Part shown: positions 20,601 through 31,734 of the stretch, piece by piece
How positions within the stretch are numbered: the first letter of the stretch is position 1
Layout of the letters: each line of letters opens with the position of its first letter
Assembly: GCA_963665095.1 (NCBI GenBank)
Contig: OY762069.1
Coordinates: 3,744,001 to 3,808,000 of the forward strand
DNA length: 64,000 nucleotides
Origin: an uncultured Desulfobacter sp.
GTDB taxonomy: Bacteria; Desulfobacterota; Desulfobacteria; Desulfobacterales; Desulfobacteraceae
Reading direction: 5' to 3'
The notes under the pieces: generated by a model
What the model was told of the DNA's origin: nothing
The model's input: only the letters and a program-made list of their open reading frames with translations
Database searches by the model: none
Translations under genes and position numbers: made by a program

Positions 20601-22629
20601 ATTCACCTACGACACCCAGGGAAGAAAGCTGACGGAAACGGACATCCTGTCTGATACGGAGTCCAGAACCACGGCATTTGAATACGACAATGCAGGCAAC
20701 CTGATCCTGAAAACCGACGCACAGGACAACGACACCCTTTACGCCTATGACGCCCTGAACCGCCTGACGCTCGTAGCAGATCCAGCCGGCGGCATAACCC
20801 GGTACGAATACGATGCCCGGGACAACCTGGTCAGCCTGACCGACGCCAATGACAACACCACAAGATTTGAGTATGACAGGGCCAACCGCCTGACAAAAGA
20901 GATCCGCCCCATGGGCCAGACAACAGCTTATGTCTACGATGAAAACGGCAACCTGGCCCAGAAGACAGATGCCAGGAACCAGCTTATCACCTATACCTAT
21001 GACGCCGCCAACCGCCTTACCCAAATCAACTACTACGCTGACGCATCAGACGCAGACCCCGCCAAAACCGTCAAGTTCACCTACGACAACGCCGGCAATC
21101 TGCTCACCTGGAACGATGGCTCTGCATCCGGCACATTTACCTATGACGACCTGAACCGCAAGCTCACTGATACAGTCAACTTCGGGCCGTTCACAAAAGC
21201 CATTGCCTGCACCTGGGCTGCCAACAGCCAGAAAAACAGCTACACAAACCCGTCCGGCAATGTTTACAATTACGCCTACGTCAACAACCAGCTCGCAGGC
21301 ATTGAGCTGCCGGGCACCGGCACCATCACCACCAGTGCCTACAAATGGAACCGGCCGGCCACCATCCAGTACCCGGGCGGTACTAAACAAACCCGAACCT
21401 ATGACCCGCTCATGCGCCTGACCTCGGTAACAGACCAGGACCCGGGCAGCAACAATGTCATGGTCTACACCTACACCCACGATCCCCTGGACAACATCAC
21501 CCAAAAATCCACGGAACACGGAGACTATACACTTACGATTACGACACCCTCCAGCGCCTGACATCTGCCGACAACCCGGAAACCCAGACCGACGAGGCCT
21601 TTACCTACGATGCCGTGGGCAACCGCCTCACAGACGCTGAAAACACCGACACCTGGACCTACAACCAAAACAACGAACTTGAAACGCGCAGCAATACAAG
21701 CTATGAATACGATAACAACGGAAACACGGTCAAAAAAACGCTCAACGGCGTAACCACCCTGTTCTTTTACAACCTGGAAGACCGCCTGGAACGGGTAGAG
21801 GATGGCTCCGGAAACATCATAACCAAATACGGCTACGATCCATTCGGCCGCAGGCTGTGGAAGGAGACCTCCGGCACCAAAACATACTTCATGTATGCCG
21901 ACGAAGGCCTGATCGGGGAATACACAGCCACAGGCTCTGAAATCAAAACCTACGGCTGGAAACCCGGATCTACCTGGGGCACAGACCCATTGTTCATGAA
22001 GATCGGAAGCCAATATTATTTTTACCACAACGACCATCTGGGCACGCCCCAAAAAATGACCACTGTCAATGGATCTGTGGTTTGGTCAGCTACATACAGT
22101 TCGTTTGGAAAAGCTGAGGTTGATGCGGATTCTACTGTTGAAAATAACTTTAGGTTCCCGGGACAGTATTGGGATGGGGAGACAGGATTGAACTATAACC
22201 GGCACCGTTATTATCATCCGGACACCGGCAGATACCAGACTCCTGACCCGATCGGGTTAGCCGGTGGTATTAACCCGTTTGTCTATGTCCTAAATGATCC
22301 TATCCAATTTATAGATCCTTTTGGACTCGACAGGGAAATTGGCGGAGGATTTGGACTTACTGCTGCTGTTGTGGGTGTTTCTATTAATATCCACACTGAA
22401 ACCTGTTGCGATGACCAAAATCAGAAACATCTGAGATCAGTTCAATCTATTTGTGTCGGATTCGAAATAGGATTAGGGTTAAAAGGAAGCGGCGGTGCAA
22501 ATGCTTCTATTAGTAATGATAAACCAACAAGAAAATGTCCTAAAATGTTTGACAAATCAGGTGGGTACTCAGAGGATTCTGGAGTTTGGGGTGCTCTGTT
22601 GGTATTCGGAAGGAAATATTCTCCTAATA
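17602..22629 (+). pseudogene. Rhs copy 2: 5'-truncated, two frameshifts, Gly/Cys-rich toxin tip cut by an IS
   Basis: ORFs 17618-20374, 20911-21561 and 21615-22640 are collinear with 49230-55148; indels near 20360 and 21528; tip continues at 30421-30527(-). Confidence 0.88.
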
Positions 22630-23484
22630 AAGGGTGTTGAAACCATCCAAATTTTCATAAAGTTTATGGGTTGCCTATATTTTCGATGGCATTTTTCCAG
22701 CAGTCCTATTGCCTAAAATGGTCGTATTATGATCTGATTTTTGTTTTTAACCGTTTCAAACAACGTTGAATCTGGTTCATTCTGTAATTCAGATTCACAT
22801 AGACACATTCCTATCAATAGGCGTGAAAAAAATTCAACCTATCATTTTAAATTTTATCCGGTGGCCGCGAATAACTCCTTTTGTCCATCATCTTTTTTCT
22901 TCGGTTTATGCCTGGTTCCAGCCATTTCAATCAACAATGTGACGATCGTTGTAAATGCAGATCGAACAACGACCCCATGCTGGCTTCTCACCCTTGTTTG
23001 TTCAAGTCCTTCTCTTTTCTTCATCAAATTGAAAGGACGTTCACAGTTCTTCCGAATGTCGATTGCTTTTTTGGAATGATAATGAAAAGTTGGCATTGGC
23101 TGAAAATGGCCGTTGTCAAAACCAATAATTCTTGATTTGGGACAAGTTGATTCAAATATGCATTCACCAGGATTGGCAGCACACCCGAACTCATGACCTT
23201 CCGGTGTGGCACCTATAAATTCCATTGGAATTTCGCAAGAGTCATCACAGGTGACTCTCAACGGAGAGTCCAAAACATTATCAGGAAGTTTTGCTTTTTC
23301 AGATGCCGGGGCCACAACATAAACACCGGTTTCCTTCAGGACAGAACCGTTACTGTCGTGATAAGCCTGGTCGGCGGTTATTAATTTCATATCAATACCC
23401 AGTGCCTGTGCAAGCTTAATCAATGGTTTTAAAAACAGGCTGTCGTGATGATTTGCTGCGCCCACAACAGAGACCAAAGGAAAA
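22630..23484 (-). mobile_element. IS5/IS1182-like element, 3' part
   Basis: IR AAGGGTGTTGAAA at 22630; TSD TAATA; ORF 22854-23477 has ADQAYH and RKNCERPFNLMK. Confidence 0.8.
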
Positions 23485-23583
23485 TGTCAGGCGGGGCGTG
23501 AACATGTCATAAATCTCCCGGTTTAAAAATGTAGGCGATTAAAGGGCCGGCCTCCAGATGCATGTAGACCGGCCTCGGCTTTG

Positions 23584-24318
23584 TTATTCTTCCGTCACAT
23601 CTTTCATTCTAAAACTCTTACCCTCAATGACCACAGGCTCGGTGTGGTGAAGAAGCCTGTCCAGCAAAGCTGATGTTAATGTCATGTCATTGTTGAAGAT
23701 CTCCGGCCAATCTTTGAACACCCGGTTTGTGGTTATTATGATGGCTCCTTGCTCATAGCGCTGACTGATAATTTGGAACAACAGGTCTGCCCCAATCTTG
23801 TCAATGGGCAGGTAGCCCAGTTCATCCATGATCAACAAAGTTGGCTTGAGGTATTTTCTCAGTTCCTGCTTTAACTGACCCGCCTTCTGGGCTGCCACCA
23901 GATTGTTGACGATATCAATGGCAGAAGAGAACAGAACCGTATGGTTTTTCAGGCAGGCCTGGTAACCTAAAGCAGTCGCAATATGTGTTTTCCCAACACC
24001 GACCGGGCCGATCACGATAATGTTACCCTTTTCTTCAATGAACTTGAGTCTGAACAGATTCTGGATCTGAGCCTGATTGATTTTTCTGGGCCATGACCAG
24101 TTGAACTGGTCCAGGGTTTTGATTACCGGGAACTTGGCCATACGGATACGGCGCTGGATGGTTTTATCATGGCGCAGTAGTGATTCATGCCTGGCAAGCT
24201 CTGATAGATATTGAACGTGGCTCCATTGCTTCTGGGCAGCCAGGGTAGCCACTGACTCATAGTTTTCCCTGATATAAGGTAGTTTTAAGTGGGACAGGCA
24301 TTTCTCAAGATCAGGCAT
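23584..24318 (-). CDS. istB: IstB AAA+ helper ATPase
   Basis: GPVGVGKT, LLIMDELGY, IITTN, LLDRLLH. Confidence 0.93.
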   Translation of the reverse strand: MPDLEKCLSHLKLPYIRENYESVATLAAQKQWSHVQYLSELARHESLLRHDKTIQRRIRMAKFPVIKTLDQFNWSWPRKINQAQIQNLFRLKFIEEKGNIIVIGPVGVGKTHIATALGYQACLKNHTVLFSSAIDIVNNLVAAQKAGQLKQELRKYLKPTLLIMDELGYLPIDKIGADLLFQIISQRYEQGAIIITTNRVFKDWPEIFNNDMTLTSALLDRLLHHTEPVVIEGKSFRMKDVTEE

Positions 24319-25786
24319 TTTTATCTCCTATGGCGGTATAAATATTAAGATCAGGCTCCTGGATTGTCAGGTTCAGTAAATCTGCTTTATGTGTAACATG
24401 CAGGGCTCCGGGCTCCTGGGGAGACCGAACCCGCTGCTCAAGGAGGTTGGCGATGTATTCACATGAGAATGCAGAGAACTTAAAGGCATCTTCAATGGCC
24501 ATGGCAACTTGTTCCCGGGAGTAGATTTCACTCAAGGCCACGATTTGCCGTACATGATGGGAGGCGTTAAGCCGCCTGTTCTGCAATTGCCTGTAATACT
24601 CCCGGGCCTTGTCAGAGATGCTTAAAAAACGCATATAAATTGCCTGGTCTCTGGCCTTTTTGCGCTGGCTCAAAAGGATTTTAGAGTGATCAGGATCTTC
24701 AAGGTCGTTTTTGCGGCCATAGGATCTGACATGGCGGGCAACCAACTTGTCTTCATGGTAAAAGCAGATCCGATCAGGGTAAAGCTTGGCAGTCAAAGCC
24801 ACCCCTGCCAGCTGGGCGGGTACTGTGTAAGCATTTGTATCGATGACTACCCTGTACTGTCTTGAAGCCCGTACCTGCTTTACCACACCGATATCATAGG
24901 GTTCTGACGGCAGAGGGTATAGGTGGGGCAATTCCAGGGCATACATCTCTGCGGGCTTTTGACCGGTCTCTCCGTGGGTTCTGACATTGGCGACAGTATC
25001 AAGCCAGTGTTTGCAGGTGGGCTCCATGATCTTAAAATCAGGGATTTCAAGACCGTTGAGCAGATTCTTTTTGACATAGCCCACAGCATTTTCAACCCGG
25101 CCTTTTTCATTACCCTTGCGCACATTACAGGGAACAATTGTAAATCCGTAATAATCTGCAAAATCAAGGTATCTGGGGTTGAAGACCGGGGCTTTCCCCA
25201 GCAGTCTTTTTAGAACAGCGGATTTGAGATTGTCCACCATGACCTTTTCCGGCACCTTTCCAAAAAACTCAAATGCATTCTGGTGGCAGCCTAAAAAATG
25301 CTCCATGGTCTGGGAGACCGTTAACTCAACGTACATCATGCGGCTGTGGCACATCACCATCACAAAAAAGCTCAACCGCCGGGTCGTGTTGCCCACCCTT
25401 ACTGTACTATAAGAACCCCAGTCCACCTGGGCAGCTTCACCCGGAGCAAAACTCAGTTTCAAATACGCCTTTGTTTTGGGCGGCCGCACCTTCCTGACAT
25501 AATCCTCAACAATGGTGATGCCCCCGGCAAAACCATCCTGGGTGATTCGTTGAAATATCTGGCGGGAACTGTAGGGATGTTTTTCAAGCATATGCAGGAT
25601 GGCGTTCTTATACGGATCAAGCTTGCTTTCTCTGGGGGCTGACTGTCTGGGCTGGTACCTTTTCAGGTTGGCCCACCTGGCAACTGTCCTGGGGTCCAGA
25701 TCAAGGGCATTGGCAATCTGGCTGTATGTCAGGCCGTCTCGGGTAAAGTAATTTCTGATTTGAACATAGGTTTCGTAATCAATCAT
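24311..25786 (-). CDS. istA: IstA DDE transposase
   Basis: N-terminal HTH; AQVDWG, VDNLKS, EKGRVEN. Confidence 0.93.
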   Translation of the reverse strand: MIDYETYVQIRNYFTRDGLTYSQIANALDLDPRTVARWANLKRYQPRQSAPRESKLDPYKNAILHMLEKHPYSSRQIFQRITQDGFAGGITIVEDYVRKVRPPKTKAYLKLSFAPGEAAQVDWGSYSTVRVGNTTRRLSFFVMVMCHSRMMYVELTVSQTMEHFLGCHQNAFEFFGKVPEKVMVDNLKSAVLKRLLGKAPVFNPRYLDFADYYGFTIVPCNVRKGNEKGRVENAVGYVKKNLLNGLEIPDFKIMEPTCKHWLDTVANVRTHGETGQKPAEMYALELPHLYPLPSEPYDIGVVKQVRASRQYRVVIDTNAYTVPAQLAGVALTAKLYPDRICFYHEDKLVARHVRSYGRKNDLEDPDHSKILLSQRKKARDQAIYMRFLSISDKAREYYRQLQNRRLNASHHVRQIVALSEIYSREQVAMAIEDAFKFSAFSCEYIANLLEQRVRSPQEPGALHVTHKADLLNLTIQEPDLNIYTAIGDKNA

Positions 25787-26165
25787 GGTTGCCCTCCGCT
25801 GCTGCTTTTAGAATATCTGAAAGACGCAGCATGGAGCCGTGCCGTTTTGATTTACCAGGAGCAGGGTCAAGGGCAAGCACCTGGTAAATAGGTCTCTGCC
25901 AGGCAATCAGCCCATTCTGTATTAACCCGGAACGTGCTGTCTTCAGGCCATCAGAATCCATGCACAGCCGATCCATGATCGCCTTATCTCCATAGTAGCT
26001 GATGCCTTGACTGTCGGCCACACACACCAGAAACAGATATAGGGCGGACTGGGAGTGTGTACACCTGTCAATGTGCCGTTCACGCACCAGGCGATGATCG
26101 ATCCAACTGAAGCTTTGGGGTGTTTTTCGAACCCTGGATGGTAAAATGGGGGCCTTTGCAATCAT
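25779..26165 (-). CDS. IS21-associated winged-HTH-like protein
   Basis: Overlaps the istA start, has an RBS; LYLFL...G.SYY...L...GLI pattern. Confidence 0.7.
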   Translation of the reverse strand: MIAKAPILPSRVRKTPQSFSWIDHRLVRERHIDRCTHSQSALYLFLVCVADSQGISYYGDKAIMDRLCMDSDGLKTARSGLIQNGLIAWQRPIYQVLALDPAPGKSKRHGSMLRLSDILKAAAEGNHD

Positions 26166-26646
26166 TTTGCTCTCCTTCTTTTTGGGGTTGTGAACATAAA
26201 ATGTCTTGCCCGTATTTTTTCATACGAAGGAGCGTGGAAGCGATGTCATCTTGTAACGCACTGCCTGTAAAGTTGGCGATTAACCCTATAATGACAGGAG
26301 GTTGCGCCCGTAAGAAATCTTGTAACGCATTGTCCATGAATTGCGTTGAATCCTGTTTATTTTCAGCCTGTTGGGGCAATATCGAGTCTTGTAACGTATC
26401 TGGGCTTTTGGTCTTCTTCCAATATCCGGGATTCTTCTTTCTCCATTCCTGAACACGTTCAACATGGGCAGGCCCACAAAAGTAGTTTCGATTTTCAGGC
26501 TTGTTCAGCCATTTTTTCTGGCTGCACCTTTTGCTGGCTTTTCTGCACTCAGATCTGGAACAGTATTTTTGAGAGTCTATATTTCTTGGATTAGGAGCGA
26601 ATAATCTTCTACAATTTCGGCACCTTCTTTTCTTGAGTAGTCCCAT
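26080..26646 (-). CDS. IS21-associated Cys-rich hypothetical protein
   Basis: CxxC...CxxxxC; GGAGG upstream; conserved in both copies. Confidence 0.7.
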   Translation of the reverse strand: MGLLKKRRCRNCRRLFAPNPRNIDSQKYCSRSECRKASKRCSQKKWLNKPENRNYFCGPAHVERVQEWRKKNPGYWKKTKSPDTLQDSILPQQAENKQDSTQFMDNALQDFLRAQPPVIIGLIANFTGSALQDDIASTLLRMKKYGQDILCSQPQKEGEQNDCKGPHFTIQGSKNTPKLQLDRSSPGA

Positions 26647-26836
26647 CTACATATTGCCTCCGATTCAAATCAGACATGAATAAGATCAGTATGTACGGAA
26701 AAAAGCAGAGGGCAAAGAAAGGAAAAAAATGAAGAAGACGAAATTTTTAAATTTGATTTTTAAGAGAAGAAAAACCAGCTAAGAACATACATTTTCAAAC
26801 CGGGGATTTGGCTGCATTTTCAAGACGGCCCTGACA

Positions 26837-27770
26837 TCCGGATATCATTGGTGTCCACGGCAATCACAAAATACGAGCGGTTCTCAAAGGAATAACCATA
26901 GTCTGTAAATGCGTGATCCGGCATGGGCAGGGTATTTACCTGAAGCCCGGATCTGTCTTCCCCCAGATAGAGGAAATATCCCTGTATCTTGCCCGAGGTA
27001 TCGGCATGGGTCCAGGTTAAAACCGGGGCGTCCGTATCGGTCTGGGACACTGCAAGGGTTGATACGGGCAGAAGATCAAAGTTAAGGTACCCGGAGTTTG
27101 ACGGGCCGGATTCATTGCCGGTGTTGTCCATGGCCGTGACCACATAACAATGATCTGTGGGTGAGGGTGTGGGGTCAATGACCGTGATCTGGTCAATGCC
27201 TGTGGCAAGGGGCGTCATCCCTTCCACGGAGAGGATTTCGGTGGCATCGGACCGGTAGATGGCGTAAGTGACAGGTTCCGTATAGGCGGGTTCCTCCCAG
27301 GTCAGTTTAATGCCTTTGGAGGTCAGCTCCAGAACCAGGTTGCGCGGGGCATTGGGGGCTGTGGCATCGGCACTGGCCGTGACAGTGTCGCTTAAGCCCG
27401 AGACGGACTCTTCCTGGTTTTCTATCCTGATGGTGGCCACGGCATAGGTGTAGGTACCGTCGAGGGTTGTCTGGTGGGTGTGGGTGGTTGTTGCTTCAAT
27501 TGTTTCCAGCAGTGTCAGGCCTGCCTCACCCGGGGCTTTACAGTAAATCTGGTAGCCTGCGGCATCTTCCACGGCATCCCAGGTGAGGGTGATGATACCG
27601 CCGGCCGCGGCTTTGGCTGTCAGGGACGACGGTGGTGCCAGGGGCGGCAGCCCGCCCTGGTAGACCTGGAACTGGTTGGCAGGGGTAATAAAACAAATTT
27701 TCAAAGAACAAGTTAGCTCTTTTGATCGTGGCCGATCTTTAAAATGACTTTTTTGCCCTCGAAAAATCAA
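26837..27770 (-). pseudogene. Rhs copy 3, 5' part (FN3-like domains), inverted away from its 3' part
   Basis: LTW..V..A.GY.IY / P.NL...LTW FN3 pattern; joins 34897 through TSD ATCCGGA; paralogous to 57782-58710. Confidence 0.85.
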
Positions 27771-27843
27771 GTATAGCCCCTTTTCGAAGAAGTGATTAAA
27801 AGCTATGCGCTTTATTACAGCTTATTATCGTGGCCCGACCCGG
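27683..27843 (-). repeat. Conserved ~160-bp leader (GGGTC motif, -10-like TATACT, GATCG/CGATC hairpin, boxA-like motif)
   Basis: Highly similar to ~57710-57870 on the plus strand. Confidence 0.8.
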
Positions 27844-27901
27844 CAATGGCAAAGAATAAATAATTCTTAGGGAATAGCCCGTCGTAAGGCCCAATTACCA
27901 T

Positions 27902-28048
27902 TTTATCTGCTTGATAGGCCAACCACAGCGCACCAAATTCTTCGGCCTTTAGGGTAGTTATTTCCTGAGACTGGCCTTTTACGAGGCCTGCTACCCGATC
28001 TGGTGGACCAATATAGGTTTGAGAAATAACCTTGGGGTTGCCGTTTAC
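27902..28048 (-). pseudogene. IS1634-family transposase N-terminal remnant
   Basis: Manual translation VNGNPKVISQTYIGPPDRV...EEFGALWLAYQADK resembles IS1634 N-termini. Confidence 0.6.
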
Positions 28049-28061
28049 CAGCCCCTTCGAC

Positions 28062-28403
28062 TTACCGATCCCTACCTCGTCCGACCATCTTGAATATAAA
28101 TGGAAAGATAGTGAACCATTGCAAAAGGCCAGGAATAAAAAGAGTTATCCAATTCAAAAAAACAGCATAAACACCTAAAGAGATATGTGCAGCAGGGAAA
28201 GCTATCTCTTGAATTTTAACAAATATCGGAAAAATAAAAATTGCTACCAAGCTTATAGGAAACGATATTATTGTCATTATCATATTACATAGCAATATAG
28301 CTTCGGAATTGTCTGTTTTCTTATACAAAATAATTATCCCTGTCAATGTTAATGACCCCAATAACAAATAACAATATTGTAAATATTTTAACATATTACC
28401 CAT
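28062..28403 (-). CDS. Putative 3-TM immunity protein for tip 4
   Basis: Start overlaps toxin stop (TAATG), low GC, hydrophobic. Confidence 0.75.
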   Translation of the reverse strand: MGNMLKYLQYCYLLLGSLTLTGIIILYKKTDNSEAILLCNMIMTIISFPISLVAIFIFPIFVKIQEIAFPAAHISLGVYAVFLNWITLFIPGLLQWFTIFPFIFKMVGRGRDR

Positions 28404-28966
28404 TATTTCCCCTCCACATCTATCGAATAGTCATTCATCAAAAAACACTGCTTTCTACATGTAACAATTACTGCGTCTGAATACTCTTTACAATCCATCC
28501 CTGGTCCAGGCCAACCATATTGCGGCCTATCTGGCCTATCTAGTTTTTCTTTTACGCATTGATCCATGCATGGATTATTTTTTTCTATACTTCTGCAGTT
28601 TTTAGGATCAAATTCATCATTATCCTTACTCGTTGTTGGCCTGCCTTTAGTATAAAAGAAAAATCCTCCATCTGCCGTTGTGCTACTACAAGTCATTTGG
28701 CCTGTAACTCCGTCTCTGACGCATATGTATTTATGCCAAGCGATACTTCTTTCTTTATCGCAAATAGCTAACGGCCTATGGCATAAAAATGTTTCTAATC
28801 CATTGGGATCTATGGAATTGACGGGACCATTTGAGGCGTAAGTAAATAGGTTTATACCACCCTCAAGTCCAATAGGATCAGCAGTAATATACCGTCCGGT
28901 TTCAGGATTGTAGTACCGGTGCCAATTGTAGTGCAGGTCGGTTGCGGCGTCATAATACTGTCCCGG
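28403..28966 (-). pseudogene. Orphan Rhs tip 4 (Cys-rich; His/Cys hydrolase-like)
   Basis: Rhs homology starts at PGQY; DPNGL followed by HKYI...YGWPGPGMDCKEYS. Confidence 0.8.
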
Positions 28967-28972
28967 ATATAC

Positions 28973-29020
28973 TCCGATGCACCTCCCCCTCCCGGGAAGC
29001 TGTTTTTTGTTCCAGAGCGG
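28973..29020 (-). repeat. 48-bp linker preceding an orphan tip, copy 1
   Basis: 47/48 identical to 47698-47745. Confidence 0.9.
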
Positions 29021-29137
29021 AGAATCTCCAGAATTGCTTATTTCAAAGAGCATAGCTGTCAGCAGGTATTTCTATGGCTACCTGAGTATTGCCAATAATT
29101 ATGTCCTCAGAATTCCTATCACTTGAATTCATTTCAG

Positions 29138-29461
29138 CTAATAAAAACCTTCACTCATAACCCATAAAAATAAACAGATAAAGATGCTAAAGGGGGTCAT
29201 TAAATGGGAAATAGCGACTAACTTATTTAATATTTTTTTTTTACCTTCTCGACGATAGCAGGCAACAAATTTTTTATTGAGTTCTTTATAATTATGGATA
29301 TTGCCCAGAAATAACGAAACGAACTCAAATAAATTAACTACATAATCATCTTTTTTTCTAAGGTAAGCTAAAATGAAAAGATTGCTCCCCCCATATAATG
29401 AAAACAAAAAAATTAGAGTAGCTTGAAAAATCAACTCATTTTTCACAACAGCGCCCTCCAA
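29138..29461 (-). CDS. Putative 2-TM immunity protein for tip 3
   Basis: Overlaps toxin end, low GC, N- and C-terminal hydrophobic helices. Confidence 0.72.
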   Translation of the reverse strand: MEGAVVKNELIFQATLIFLFSLYGGSNLFILAYLRKKDDYVVNLFEFVSLFLGNIHNYKELNKKFVACYRREGKKKILNKLVAISHLMTPFSIFICLFLWVMSEGFY

Positions 29462-30032
29462 TTACATCTTGTTTTACAACGGTTTTACATTGAGACCAAA
29501 ATTTCAGATCAAGCCCGAGGCCTGTTACGATTGTCATTGTTGTAGGATCTGATGAAGCCCAAGAGCCTCCGCCAAGAATTGCGCTTGAGAATCCGAAACC
29601 TGTTTCAAAGGTATATACATCACCGAGTCTTCCTTTGCATTTTTTGATACTTATCACTCGATTTAAAGTCCCTGCACCAGGACCATTCCCACCACCAATA
29701 GAGGCTCCTAAAGAAAATCCCCAGCATGTTGTTTGTATTGTCCGGACGTGTTTCCTATTATTATCATCACAACAGACTTCTGAAGACATTGACGTAGAGA
29801 AATGATAGCCAGGTAATGAGAATGAAAAACCTCCACCTATCTCCCAATGAGCTAAACCCAAAGGATCAATAAAGCGAATGGGATTGTTCTGAGAATAAAC
29901 GAAAGTATTGATTCCACCGGCCGTCCCTATAGGATCAGGCGTCAGATATTTCCCAATTTCTGGATCATAATAACGGTGCAAGTTATAGTGGATACCACTT
30001 TCCTGATCAAAATACTGTCCCGGGAACCTGAA
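29436..30032 (-). pseudogene. Orphan Rhs tip 3 (Gly/Cys-rich family)
   Basis: Starts at FRFPGQY; DPLGL then EIGGGFS...CCDDNNRKHVRTIQ...RCCEK. Confidence 0.82.
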
Positions 30033-30090
30033 CAATGTGAAATCATCATGCCTAATCAACATCCTTTATTGATTTCTTTTTTTTGTTCGT

Positions 30091-30405
30091 TCAGTAGCGC
30101 ATCATTTCTTGAAAAATTACGAGTAAAAATAAAGACAAAAAAGATATAATTAAAATGAAAAACGAATAGCGGTTTGCCAATGCTGGAAATTTATTTTTCT
30201 TGAGAAGTAGGTATTCATCTTGTAATTTTTTAAAAAATCCTAAATCGAGATTAGGAATTATAGGATTTTTTATCGCTTCATCTATTAACTCAAAATTATA
30301 TTTTTTAACGACACTTATCAGATATAATGTTGTAATAATAAATATGGGGCCTGCAATATATAACAAAATTTCCAATAAACTTATTAATGTATTAAAATCT
30401 TTCAT
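30091..30405 (-). CDS. Putative 2-TM immunity protein for tip 2
   Basis: Follows the displaced 3' end of tip 2; same topology as 29138-29461. Confidence 0.75.
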   Translation of the reverse strand: MKDFNTLISLLEILLYIAGPIFIITTLYLISVVKKYNFELIDEAIKNPIIPNLDLGFFKKLQDEYLLLKKNKFPALANRYSFFILIISFLSLFLLVIFQEMMRY

Positions 30406-30420
30406 AATAATTCCTAACGG

Positions 30421-30527
30421 TTATTCATCACAACATTTTCCAATTATTACATCTTTGATGATATCATTGCGGCACCCTGAATAGATATTCCAACCTCCGC
30501 CTAAACCCATAACCCAACCAGTGCCAC
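30421..30527 (-). pseudogene. Displaced 3' end of Rhs tip 2
   Basis: After TSD TAATA reads SGTGWVMGLGGGWNIYSGCRNDIIKDVIIGKCCDE*, continuing ...RKYSPN. Confidence 0.85.
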
Positions 30528-30532
30528 TATTA

Positions 30533-31544
30533 AAGGGTGTTGAAATCGATAGCGAGAAATTAGCAAAATTTATTTAAAATTCAATCAGTTAAAGATTGAA
30601 AAAACCTCTGTTTAAGTGTATTATTTTAAGCTGCTTAATTCAGAAAACAAAACACAAAAACAGAGGCATTATGCACGAGAAAAATATCAGGCGAATCATT
30701 ACAAATCAATTGAAAAAAGATTTTCCGAACTGGAAAAATATGACCAGGAAGTCCAAGAAAGAACTGACCAGAGAAATCATGATTGAGGTTGTGGATAATT
30801 ATGATTACTCCCAAGAATTGGGTCTTCCCATCGAAAAGCTTACGGGCATTGAAGATCAAAGCCCGTCTGGGGGAATTCGCAATCTTCAGGAAATGGCTAT
30901 GTATATTGATAACTTCCATTCTGATAACCTGTTTGATTTCGACCGGCTAAGAAAACCATATCCTGAAATTGTGGATGAAGAACTGCAGTTTGTTGACCAG
31001 CTTTTAGATAACCAAATTATCAACAGCCTGATTGCCCCAGAAGGGTATTCTGCTCCACACAGAGATATCCAACCCTATCAGCTATTTCGGATGGAGCTTT
31101 TGAAAATCATCAAATACCCTGAAATCAGCTACAGAAAATTTTGCAGTGATGAATATTTCGGCAGAGAACGAAAACAAAACAGGCGTTTTGTAGGATTAGC
31201 TCTAAACACCAAAAACCAGGTTGATCATACCGAACTGTGTCATTTCCGGAATGGGCTGCGATTTGTTCAGTTGATGAATGTCCTGGTGTATTTCCTCCAT
31301 TATTTTTATAAATCAGGCTGTCTGGAGAATACTGTTATTCATGGTGTTGATTCATCCGAGTTGCCGTCCGAAATCAATTATCCTCTTTGCACAATCAAAG
31401 TTAAGGGAAAGAAAATACGCATTTATTCCGATCTGGATTCTGAGTGTGGAAAACGCAGAAACAAAAGGGATAAGTCATTTTATGTTATCGGATACAGACT
31501 CCACACTTTAACTGCAATAAACCCCGAAACGGGCCATAGTTTTC
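30533..31544 (+). mobile_element. IS5/IS1182-like element, 5' part (transposase from ATG 30671)
   Basis: IR AAGGGTGTTGAAA; ...GHSF joins FPLVSVVG at 23484(-) through TSD TTTTC. Confidence 0.8.
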
Positions 31545-31734
31545 TGTCAGGGCCGTCTTGAAAATGCAGCCAAATCCCCGGTTTGAAAATGTATGTTCTT
31601 AGCTGGTTTTTCTTCTCTTAAAAATCAAATTTAAAAATTTCGTCTTCTTCATTTTTTTCCTTTCTTTGCCCTCTGCTTTTTTCCGTACATACTGATCTTA
31701 TTCATGTCTGATTTGAATCGGAGGCAATATGTAG

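Larger units (their letters stand above)
23485..26836 (-). mobile_element. IS21-like element with two extra ORFs, copy 1 (3352 bp)
   Basis: TGTCAG...CTGACA ends; istA/istB; inverted near-identical copy at 31545-34896. Confidence 0.93.

Noticed and set aside
27860..30530. Classical integron cassette array
   Set aside because: No IntI gene and no attC-like inverted repeats were identified.
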